Shown in pieces: positions 52,383-64,000 of a stretch of 64,000 nt of DNA. Origin of the DNA: Azolla caroliniana. Lineage: Eukaryota; Plantae; Polypodiophyta. The position numbers were made by a program, and so were the translations under genes. The notes under the pieces are model-generated. The model saw only the letters and a program-made list of their open reading frames with translations, had not been told where the DNA came from and searched no databases. The DNA lies in the NCBI GenBank assembly GCA_043228905.1, contig JBHGNT010000001.1, forward strand, positions 25,916,001-25,980,000, in the 5' to 3' direction. Each line of letters starts with the position of its first letter. The stretch's first letter is position 1.

Positions 52383-52606
52383 ATACTTAGCCTCAGTGCT
52401 CGAAAGAGCCATTGTCGGCTGCTTCTTGTTGCTCCACGCAACAACTACGCTACCTACAGAAAACATGAAACCAGATGTTGACCGTCGATCCGACGCATCA
52501 CCGGCCCAGTCGGCATCTGTATATCTGACTAGCTTCTCGGTTATACCATGTTGGTATAACAGTCCCTGGTCCTTAGTGCTACTAACATAACTCAATATAC
52601 ATTTGT
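52383..52606 (-). pseudogene. Copia RT/RNase H junction fragment
   Basis: ILSYVSSTKDQGLLY..YTDADWAGDASDRRSTSGF..KKQPTMALSSTEAKY. Confidence 0.85.
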
Positions 52607-54561
52607 ATATCTCTTCCATCCTTGTGATACGTGGAATGAAATATTGTTGTCCATCAAGTTGCTAACTTCTTGTATGAGAATTTGTGTCACTAAAAACAAT
52701 AACTCCCCCTTTGCTTTTGAAATACGAAATATCGTCTTCTAGATTGGTTCCAAAAAAAATCCTTATTTTCTCGTTTTCATTGATTTTCACCTCGTTACTT
52801 ACTCTCAGCCACCTTTTCTACTAACATCATGATGACCTCCTTGTTCCCACTTTGATTAGTTTAATGCGCCATGGCGAACTCTCATTGTCACAATCACCAA
52901 TGGTAGAGGTGTTCGAGGAGAGAATGTAATGGATGATGGTAGTAGCATGTGCCCCCTACATCATTAATTTCCTTCTCAATACCTTATTTGCATGTCACAT
53001 ACCCATGCTATATGTGGCTTAGATGTCTACAATATATACAAAGTGCAATTGTGGATTGTTGCTATTTTTTTGGCTATTGAGCCAAATGGATTGTAGTTTT
53101 TGTTGATTCTACATGTTCCCTCATCATGTTTCATGATGTCAACTACCCCAACTACCAACCCGCCCTAGATAGAGTTTTCTTTGGAACCTGACCTTGCGCT
53201 TAAGCCTCGAAGAGTTAATACCTTGTGTTATACCTACAAAGCTATATAAAACTCCATGTCATGCTAATGGTGCATGTTAAAGGAGTTCAATGTTTACTCC
53301 CTCAAATGCCCTTGTACTTGGTATAAGGTACAACAAGCATTTGATTAGAGCTCCCATAAACTTGTTAGGGACTCGAACTAGGACCAAATTTTTGTAACCA
53401 CTTTTATTTGCACATACTGGTCACATGGATAATCTCTTGGTTTTTTTCTTCTATCTTTTCTTGGATATTCTTCCCCTAAATTTGAGGAGATTGAGTATTC
53501 GTCAACAAATTCATCATCAATTTTCTCTCACTTTTTCCATAAGTTGTTGGTTCTCAACACTTGCCACTCCACTAATCTGGCCTTCTCTACAATTTCATTG
53601 AAGTTCTTTGTGGTTCCCACACTCTTTGTGTTGACTCCTACATACCCAATCAAGTTTATGCCATTGATAACTATTTGCTTATTCGGTGGCTTTATCGTCT
53701 CTCTACTTTCCTATTAGAGATTATTTTTAATGTTACAAGCATGATATGTTACGGGCATGACCATAATTTATCATGCCCATAACACTTCCACATATTTGCC
53801 ATATGGTTGTGAGCTAGACTTATCCATCTTGAAACCTTAGCATTTTCTAAATTTGTTAGGAAAATATAAGAATTGGAATTAGCAATGCCATTCCATTTCT
53901 GTCTTCTCGGTCAACTAATCCATTTTCATCTCACCCATTAACATTTATGTGGCCCTTGGTGCAATAGTCAATACCTTCCATCAATGGTCGAATCTCTTAA
54001 CCTTTGGTAGGAAAAGTGAGTTAGGTTGCAAGCTATGATATCTCTTCCTTTGTTAAAAGTTCACCTTGTTGTGTTTAGTGATCATGTTTCTGTTATCTAC
54101 TCAATAATATGCTTATGATTAGAGCATCAATGTTCTACATCAAAGCAAAATGACTCGGTGTCTTAGACTAAAATGATATGGAGATTCTTACTACAAACAA
54201 GTTTTCTGTGGCATACACCCAAGACACTTATGTAGTGATCTAGCATGCTAGTATTGGAATCCATTCTAGCTTTACTTAGGTAGAGGTGGAACACCCAACA
54301 TTAACATAGACAATCATTCACCCAACAAATTTTTGTTTTGTTTTTGGTCACTAACGAGTTCATGCCGCAACACAATATGTGTATCCTTTTGGAAGAGTTC
54401 TTATGGACAACAAATAGAAGTGAGCGGCCCATAGTATGTCCAAGCAGTAGGGCGGATCGATGGCCTTATGGTGTGGCGGGCAATGGCCAATGGTTTCGAG
54501 AGGAGTCAAGGCCGGCATGGCATGGGCGGGACCTTCGGCCCAGAGAACCAAATGCCCAACC

Positions 54562-54591
54562 AAGCCCAAGCCCAAGCCCAAGCCCAAGCCC
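54562..54591. promoter_or_regulatory. (AAGCCC)5 array, equivalent to tandem site II (TGGGCY) motifs upstream of WAPL
   Basis: Perfect hexamer array ~345 bp upstream of the ATG, with a (CA)n tract at 54736-54771. The regulatory role is inferred. Confidence 0.45.
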
Positions 54592-54734
54592 CTCCCCTGC
54601 CTGCCTTAGCAAATGAAACAAACTAAAGATGATCAAGGGACTTCTTTTCCTCTGCCTCTGCATCTCTGTCTTTGTCTTTCTTGAACAAGGAAGACATATG
54701 TGATGAATTCAACACAGTGAGAGAAGAAGAGCAG

Positions 54735-54774
<40 letters not shown>

Positions 54775-54935
54775 CTCACCCTAATGGGAAGAAGCTCAGA
54801 CTCTATTCATCAAGCTAACAGCTAAAGCAAAAGTGTTCCTCTTGTTTTTTGCCAGAACAGGTAGAAGAAGAAGAAGAAGATTTTGCCTCCCCTGTGTTCA
54901 CTTCCAAATCTCCTTTGCCAGAAAAGTTCAGGAAA

Positions 54936-57900
54936 ATGATCGTCAGGACTTACAAAAGAAGGAATCGGAGCGAGCATCTGGGTTTACAACCGCATGCAAG
55001 CATTCCTTCTTCTTCCGAAGACCATCAAGGATTTAACCTAACTCCTCCTGACAATCCGATTTCACAGAGATTAACAAGCAAACTCTCTCAAGTAGGCAAT
55101 GATGTTATTGTTGATGATGATCAGAACAATTTAGACCCATTTCGCTTATCTTTCTCTCACCCTTCATCACAAGCTTCCCCAGACAAAGGAGGAGGAAAGA
55201 TGCTGGCGTCATCAGTGTGGAAACATGAACCATTAGATAGAGGTGATGACGTCAGCCTATGCAAGGATAGTTCCTGCGTGGTATCAGAATCTTGGGACTG
55301 CAAGGTTTCGTCTCGAATGCAATCAGAATCTTGCCATGAGAAGGTATCGCCCTCTTCGTCATCTGAGATTCCTATATCACACAAAGGTAAGTCCCTTACC
55401 TCAGCTGGTCAGAAACTGATTAGGGCAGAGAGTCTCTTGATTAAAGCTAAGAAGAGAACAGATCGTGCCAATTTTGGAATAGATAAAATCAATAAAGAGA
55501 TGGGTACAATTGATAAAGGGAAACATTCATCATTGTTGCCGGGCTCATCGGCCATCGTGAATGATATCATGAAAGGCTCAGTTATCAATTCTAACCTTGC
55601 TATGAAGAAAAGCACTGTTAGCATTAGAGAAGGGAAGATTTCTATCACTAGTAGAGATGGATATGTCCAAGCAATGGATACATTGTCAGCAATGGAGAAA
55701 GGTGTAGAAGGTATAAATAAAACCTCATCTCGGATCGCGATCACTTCTACGCTTTTGGAAGCTCAGGAATCTGGAGAGATGATGGAACACATGGATGAAG
55801 TGAACTTTGCTATGGATGGGCTCAGTCCAGGGCAGCCCTTACGAACCCGAAGAGCGAGCCTTATCTCCATCCTGTCTATCTTTGGTACCAGACAACGTCG
55901 CCGCCTTCTTCGAACACATGGGTATTTACCCTATGGATCCATAATGTCATTACATCACAATTCATCTTTTTGTTTTGTTTTGGGTTTGTTCACAGCCATT
56001 TTTTTATTTTAAGATGCTAATTTTATTTTATTTTTTGTAATGTCTTTATGTGTATAGTCTATGTTCTGATTAAGTTACTAATTCATTTATTCAAAATGAA
56101 TATCTTTGAACTCATGGGTATGACCCAATCATCACACTCTTACTTGTTTTCTTGTATTTCATGTGGTTGTAGCTATGATCTGATCGAGCTGGTAATTTCT
56201 TTCTTTGGACTCATGGTTATGAACCCATCATCGCATCACATCCCATTTCTTTTTGTGTTCTATTTGTGAATAGCTATATTTTGATGAACCTTCTAATAGT
56301 CAAACTTATATCTTCAGACTCATGGCTATGGCCTAATCATCACATTTCATCTTTTTTTGTACTGCATTGTTTTCATAGAAATGTTTTCGTTTTAAGTTGC
56401 CAATCTCTTTCTTTGCATTTAGAAATGGCCCCATCATCACATTCTATCTCTCTTTTCCAGGCATTTCCCTCAGTGCTGTTTTGCTTAACCTGCTAATATC
56501 TTTCTTGAAAAGTTTTTGGCCCCATGAACTTTCCATCTCTATTTTGTTTGGTTTGCTCATAGCTGTGTTCTGATTAAGTTACGAATCTGTATCTTTGAAT
56601 TTTTTTTCTTGAAACTAATGGGTATGGCACCTCATTACACTCGTCTCTTTTTTGATGGGTTTGCTAATAAAGATATTCTGATAAAGTTACTAATATTTTC
56701 CTTGAAATATCTTGGCAATTTTTGCTGGAGAGCTGCACTGGTTCATGTGTAGCTAGCATAATCTACATTCTGATTTTATAAGTGGCACTAGTTCCCCCAG
56801 AATTTTGCCAAAAAATTGCATCAGTCCTTATGACGGGGTTATGTCCTGCATGTTGCTTGTTCCTTTCTTCAAAATTTGGCCAAAAAGCTGCATTGGTTCA
56901 TGTATCATTAACAAAACCTAATATGGAGAATGGTTCTCAACATGTAAGCTATGTGATTGTTATATACGCATGAGGAGATCTTGGATGGTTCTGGAACTTG
57001 CAAGTAGATAATATCTCTGTATATTGCTAATTTCATTGTCACGTTTTCTTAGCAAAACTGCCTGAAAGGTTACATCGGTTTATGTATAGCTAGCAAAATC
57101 TAATATGCATGAAACTAGTCACACATGTAAAGCATGATATTACTGTCATTAGTAGACATTACCTACCATGAAATTTGTACCTTGTTCATGTAAACCATGT
57201 TATTATTGTTCTCAGCAAATATGACCTTTGCTCCTATTAAGAAGCAACTACTAGGTTCTGTTTTATTTTGACAAAATCTTATATATTACTATTTTCCTCA
57301 TTGAGTTTTTGTTCCTTTTTTTTCTGAAAAGCTGATCAGTTCTATTGCTTGTGGCCTCACTACTGTTCAACATCTTACATGTAGGAACCTTTTCTCTGCA
57401 TGTAAACCAGGCAACGATTGTCCTGAGCTGATGTGTTCTAACTTCTGTTAAGCCTGCCTACTAGGCTTGAATCTGACAAAACTTAAAAATCCTACCTGGA
57501 ATTTTGATTTAGGTATTTTTTTTCCAGCTAATGATTTGAAAGTTTATGATTTGCATATGTTGACCTAATATTTATGAATGCTCATCTGCAACCAGCTACA
57601 GTCTGGTTGCTTCCTATTTTGGTGGTTATGTTTATTCATACACTCTCTTTGTTAAGGTTTTAGTTTCATACTGTGTAGTACAAAGGTTAACAATCTTGCA
57701 CCTTATAAGTTGCATCCTTGGAATATATATTGCATAAAGTTGTTCAGCATTTTATCCCAAGATCTCATAATGACTGCCTCAGATTCAAAACTTGTGAAAA
57801 TTAATTTTTTTCTTGAAGTACCCATTGTTTGTGGAAAACTTAAGTGATGCGCCTATTAAAAATTTGAGCCTATTTCTCCTGTGAATTAAGTTGTAACTTG

Positions 57901-60900
57901 TAAATTTGTATTGAATGTTAATTATAAACTAGAAATAATTCGTTCGAATTTTATTCTGTTGTGTATCTGTAGATGATGTTTACTTCTTTTTTTGCACTAT
58001 ACAGGATATTAAAACCAGTATTCGATGCTGTCTTGACAGTTCCTACAGATGATTCTCCAACAGCACTTGCAGCTGCAGCCGTACTCTATCTTATGGCATG
58101 TGATGTATGTGTGATCAAATTCTCTAGTTTTAGACATTTGTAAAATACTTGTATTTTATTCCCAGGATTATTATTTTACTTTCAATGGTCTTTTTGCTTG
58201 AAGGGCCAGGATGAGGATTTCTTAGATTCACCTGATTGCATAAGATTTCTTCTGAAATTGATGGGTCCAGCACGTCCACCTGTTCAGAAAGAAAGGTTGT
58301 CTCTGGTTGGAAGCAGATTACTTGCTTTGAGCTCAATTCCAAAGCCGAGCAAAGCTGAGCCTTCATCCACAGCTGTTGAACATGGGGGTATTGTTGAGAA
58401 GGTCAAACAACTTCTTTCCACCACAAAGGGATGGAGAGATGGAATTATGACACTGAATGATCATAGTGCATCCTTTCCAGCAGAAGCCCTTAGCTCCGAG
58501 TGGTTGGTCTTATTAACTTTCGAGAAGGCATGCCTTTCAACAGTAGTGCTTGAAGGTGTCATTTACTTCTCATAATTTAATCAACATTAAGACTTTTATG
58601 TTTTTATTAAACGGGGGAAATATGTGAATTTTGAAAAAGGGAAACCCCAAATTATTGCATATTGTAGGTTGATTATACATTGTTTCAGTCTTTGATTTTC
58701 CCTTGTTGCATTTATGTACAGATGAGTTTGATTGTAAAGAAAAGGGTAGATGTACACATAACAGCTTTACTGTTTGTTTCACTCACTATTCAGATTTTAA
58801 ATCAAAATTTTTCCTTTTTGGATCTTTCTCTTGAACTAGACAATGCGGGATCTGTTAAACGAGTGGGTGGATGTTTCAAAGAAAGGTTGCGGGAACTTGG
58901 AGGTCTTGATGCAGTTTGTGAGCTGGCCACAAGTTGCTTCCTGAATATCAGAGTACTGCTTTTCATATAGACTATGTTTACAATGCTCGTGTTTATCAGT
59001 ATGAATTCATGTTGGTTTTCTTATACATCTTTGAGATAGGATTGTAATTCAGACAACAAAAAGATCACAACTACAAGCTCCAAAGTATAGCGATGATGAT
59101 TACTCCATTGCTAAATGAAATTGGGGAAGCATGAATATTTATTTCGTCTCTGAACCTTGTTTTAATGGGTTTTTCCTTTGCGATGAGGCTGGATTCATCA
59201 TCCAAGTACAGTTCAAACAAAAACATTTTGAAGTATGAATATTTATCGTCTCTGGCCCTTGTTTTTAATGAGTTTTTCCTTTGCGATGAGGCTAACCTGA
59301 TCATCCAAGTACTGTTCAAAATATTCAGTTCAATACACAGGATCCAAGTTTTATTCATCGCTGAAATTACCTACTTCTACATTTTAAGTTTATCAAATGA
59401 TATATAGGTTTTAAGAATCTATAGAGGAATATTTTGGCTATGGAAAAGAGAGTTCTGCCCTTTTTCACTATTAAGATTGAAACCATCAGGCTTAGCAGTT
59501 TTATAATCATAAATTTAATGTCAAGTGAAGTCAAAATTACATGTGCACAGTTGGGTCTAAGTGTAAATAATATAAACCACTCTAAAAATACAATCTTTAT
59601 TTTGGACAGAAATATATGGATACTAATATGAAGGTGCACGACAATGATATCAGGAATGAGCCGAGAGGAATTTGTGTGCTTTTAAGGTGTTTGAAGGTTA
59701 TGGAAAATGTCACATTTCTCAGTGAGAATAATCAGGTATCTTCCATCATAAAACACGTGTTAAAGTTCTTGTGCAAATCTGTCTAACTTATGAAGAATAA
59801 ACAATCAATAGCTAGTGGGAATTCTATTTTTGGGACTGAACAAATGGATAAAAGAAAAGATTTATTAGTTATCCATGGAAACGGTTGTATATTTAATCAA
59901 CCCTAATTGTGGATTATGCCAATGCCAATTGGAAATTTTGTAATGGTTTTTGTGTACATTTTTATTCACTTACATTATTCATGGAACTTTCACAGAAGCA
60001 TTTATTGGAAAAGTTAATGTCAAAGGATGGTGGAAATACACCACGTACCTTTATTGCAGTTGTCATTAATACCATCAATATGATATCTGGTTTGTATAGC
60101 TCTCTTAGTAATTTTGGACCTATCTCTGCATGGAAAGCGTTGAGTTTTTTTTATTGTTTAAATGTCTTCTTTTATAGGAAAAAGATGCTGATACTTGTAT
60201 TTTACTTAAATGCACTTACAAAATAATTTTCTCGCTTTAAGCAGATATCATCTTGACAAGAAGACATAAACAAGAACTCACATATAATGGTAAACACTAT
60301 AGCTTACCGTTGATATCTTCTATACGCAATTAGTTTTTAGGCATCCAATGCATATTTTTTCATGTTTAATAGTATCACATAAATGTGCACACATCTTTTT
60401 CTGAGCTCAAGGGCACATCCTCCACTCCATAGAAATTTACTTAAGATGTTTCTTTTAAGATTAAGTCATAATGCCTTACCAGTTTTTGTGTTTCCAATGT
60501 TAATAATATCTTATCTTCTGCTTTTCCTGTTATTATATTATTTAATTAGCAATACTGACGGATACACCTTCAGGTATTGAGAGCAGGATATTGGTACCAG
60601 AAAAAAGAGCATTAGAGCCAATGAATGAACATAAACTTAAAGGAAACTTTGATTTTGATGAGTTAGATTGGAGTAATGAGGAAGACAACAGGAGGAAGAC
60701 AGAGAGTTTCAAGAGGCAGAAGATCCAGCCAGCTGCAGAGAGAGGTATTGATAAAGCTAAATCAGTTTCTACTTCAGCAGTACAGAATAGTGATATGGAT
60801 GGTGCAATACATGATAACCTCCTTGAGGATGCCCTGCTGTCGGCAGCAAAAGTGAGTGCCTTTTGATTTGGCTTACTATCTTAGAGGCTATCACTGCAAG

Positions 60901-61983
60901 ATTATTCACATGAATAAACAAGGTGCAGGTCCTTATGAATCTTACAAATGACAATGATCTCGGGTGTCGACAAGTGGCTGCAGCTGGTGGGTTGGATGCC
61001 ATGGCCTTGCTTATTGCGAATCATTTCCCTTCGTTTCAGACCATCTGTTGCAAATCCCATAAAAGAAAAGCTGAAGAAGAGAGTGATAGAATGATATCAC
61101 GAGAAACTGATGTTGCCCAACAGGACCTCGATCTTCTTGTTGTTATTCTTGGTGTATTGGTCAACATGGTAGAGAAAAATGCTAGCAACAGGTTCAATGC
61201 TATTTTTAAATACATGTATTCCCAACAATGCACATTCTTTGTATATGTATTGTAGGCAAAGTGCCTAACATGGTAAATGATGTACAGCTTTTGCAATCAA
61301 TTTTCTCATTGCACTAGAGCTATGTTGGCAGGGGGAGACTGGCTTCTTTCAACATTGGTGAATCTCTTCATAGTATGAATGAAGAGTATGGAATCATCAA
61401 ACTTCTATGTGGTATTTTCCTTAGCAAAGAAGGTGTTGATAGTGCCATAGAATCAACCAGAAAGGATTCCATATCTGAGGTTCCACCATACACATGAATC
61501 TTGTTTCTCTTTTTATGACCATATAGGAATAATTTGGATTGGTATGAGGTTTTTAATTAGGAGGTTATGTATCATCTTTTATTTTCTTTATGTTCATGAA
61601 AACAGGTTGACGCTGAGAGCAGTCTAAGGCAAGGACAGAAAGAAGCAGAGGATATGATCGTAGAAGCATATTCAGCATTGCTACTCGCATTTCTATCAAA
61701 AGAAAGGTATTTACTTCTTAAGACTTACATATGTGTTCGGTTTTTATGGTTCATCATTTTACCCATCATGTAATCTACAAGAATTTCAATCAACTGTCTA
61801 GTTCTGAATGGTTTCTATCCCTTATACACTATCTAGATTCTACATGAGAACATCTTTATATATCTCAAATAGTGAAAACTATTTTTCGTTTCGTTTTGCA
61901 GCTTGACTGTTCGTGATAAAATTGCACAGCATCTTCCCGACGGGAACCTTAGTGCACTTGTACCTGTGCTGGAACGTTTTCTG
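54936..61983 (+). CDS. WAPL: Wings apart-like protein (cohesin release factor), multi-exon, 3' end probably outside the window
   Basis: Plant WAPL-like motifs: MIVRTYKRR; TSTLLEAQESGEMMEHMDEVNFAMDGL; GQDEDFLDSP; FKERLRELGGLDAV; CLKVMENVTFLSENNQ; KVLMNLTNDNDLGC; DLLVVILGVLVNMVEK; EAEDMIVEAYSALLLAFLS; LVPVLERF. GT-AG exons keep frame: 54936-55921, 58005-58104, 58204-58555, 58840-58952, 59040-59084, 59634-59735, 59996-60089, 60245-60289, 60574-60851, 60929-61191, 61332-61479, 61606-61706, 61902-61983 (903 codons, no stop yet). The two 45-nt exons are the least certain. Confidence 0.93.
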
Positions 61984-64000
61984 GTAATGACAAATATAAC
62001 CATAATCCTATGTATGTACGCATGATGTGCATTAATGATTGATGCTGATGAAATTATTGAGTTGAATGTTTTCAGTTATTATGCGGGCATGTTATAGCTG
62101 TTGAGCATTTTTTTGTTTGACTATTTCAAATGAAGCAAGTTCATTTTGTACCATGAGAACAATCAACATTTTAATATTCTAATTGCATATTTCATCTACC
62201 AAGCTGTCAACAGCCATAACCTACTTAGTGAATCTTCATCTGCTTCACCCTGATAGATTGTTAGGAAGAAAAAACCACACATGCTAAGCCATTTGATGAC
62301 ATCATTGAAGCTTTTTCCATGCATCCACATTGTGTCGATGTTTGCACTGAGATTCTTGAGAACATCCCTGCACTATACATGTCTGTATATGACTGAATTG
62401 CAAGTAAAATCTTTGTTCAATAACAATACTTATCAATGTGCTTGTGTTCTTGATGATGATACCAGGATTTCCATCTCTCTTTAAACATGCTGTCCTCCGG
62501 AACACACGAACTGGTTCGAGAGGTCATTGACTCTTGTAAATAGGCCAACAATTCTGATAATTGCTTCCAGGTTCTTGACTCTCATGATAGCTTCTATTTC
62601 GTCAGTTTTTTCTATGCAAACAGCTGAGATCATCACTATACCTAAAAGACAGATTATAGGAGTTACTATAAGATATTCGCTAACTCAAATGATTGGGAAC
62701 TTTCAGCTGAACAGTTGGTCTAGATGTTACAGGGCTATAATCAAAATCTTCCAGTTTTGTTAGTAAAAAGCTGGGATACATGAATTGTTTAAAAGCTGAG
62801 GTCTTTAGGTCTTTTTCACCAAGAAAACGCAAAGATAGTCTGAGCAAAAGCTTGAGTTCAGATCTTAAGTGCAAAGTGAACATTTGCTGGAAATACTTTG
62901 CAACGTTGGATTCCACATCAGCAATTACCAAGGATGCCATGCTTTCATAACATATATCTTGTAGCTAATTGATAAAGAGGATGTGATACTTTTAACCGTG
63001 CCCCTCACACCTAGGTGTATGGATTCATAACAGTGTGTTTTTATCAATTCTGAACCCTGCACTTTTTCACCTCTACTCTTCTTTCCTACTAGCCAGCAAG
63101 ACCTTTTTGTAAAAGTGGAAACCCCACATTGCAAATGAATCTCTTTGTATAGTAATAAAAGTTCATTGGTTCGAGATTAAAGTGTGTTTTGTTACCATAT
63201 TACTCCTGTTCAGTCAAATCAGAATCTATGTGCTTTATTTCAATTTGATTTGGAAAGAAAAGCTATTTGTAACTAGATCTCAGTGAAAGACATGTTTTTA
63301 CATGGTGCAATTTTTCCTAGACTATGGTGCATGGCATAGTTTTTACATGGTGCAAACTAATTTTTCTTACGAAGCTAATTAATTGTGTATCCAAAATTAG
63401 TTTACACGTGCCTCTAAGAAAGCTCTACAGGTAAAGATGTTAGTAATCAAATTGTCATAACGAATTAGAATTTACACGGGGCCATTTTTCTTATATGAGT
63501 ATCATAGAGGTAAATTGGTCATAGGCATAGTCACATACTTTAACATAAGTCTTTATTTTTTTAGTTTTCTCCCTTGAATCAAATATAAAGATAGCAAAAC
63601 ACATCTAGGAACAAGATATACATGCTAAAGTAGTGAATGAGTAACCAATGGTCATGTAAAGAGGTTTTCGGCCGCCCCTTATTCAACCTTCCAGATTTGT
63701 TTTCTACCATCTGGAAATCTTAAATTTGCTTGTGCATTTTCAAATCATTTGATGATCCATTACATAACAATGGGTTTCTATGTATGGGAACTTATGATGC
63801 ATCTATTTGACCATTTCTACATGAGGTTTTCAACTGCCCTTTGCTCAGACTTACAATTTATTTTTTACTTTCCGGAAATCTTAAATTTTCTTGTACATTT
63901 CATCTCACTTCGCTTCTATGTATGGGAAGCCACGGTGCATCTATTTTGTGAACATTTCTTGTCAATCAAGTTCTAACTAGTCGCTTCAACATGATGTTAT

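Noticed and set aside
52620-54300. Possible decayed retroelement coding sequence (also 50640-51450)
   Set aside because: It looks like eroded TE DNA, but no motif could be read confidently.
54849-56012. 387-aa single-exon ORF as annotated in the track
   Set aside because: It uses a non-ATG start and reads into intron 1. The conserved start is ATG 54936 and the exon ends at the GT at 55922.
62450-63134. Short minus-strand ORFs or a final WAPL exon
   Set aside because: No recognisable domain, and no sequence matching the expected WAPL C-terminal motif after an acceptor site.

Overview
Land-plant genomic DNA. The retroelement lineages suggest a fern or other non-seed plant, but this is inference. 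Bases 1-~54,300 are a deeply nested island of LTR retrotransposons, and most junctions can be resolved from TG..CA ends, PBS, PPT and target-site duplications (TSDs). The island holds: an old non-chromovirus Ty3/gypsy element with a 3' accessory ORF; a Tcn1-like chromovirus that appears to self-prime; four insertions of a tRNA-Trp-primed, pol-less family with 4-bp CpG-centred targets; three Tnt1/Tork-like copia elements (one near-intact, one with a chimeric double 5' LTR, one split into two inverted halves at a flush breakpoint); further copia elements and solo LTRs; and two hAT-type MITEs. From 54,936 a multi-exon WAPL (cohesin release factor) gene runs on the + strand, with 13 exons seen and the last exon probably beyond the window. 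All calls were made by eye and no database searches were run.
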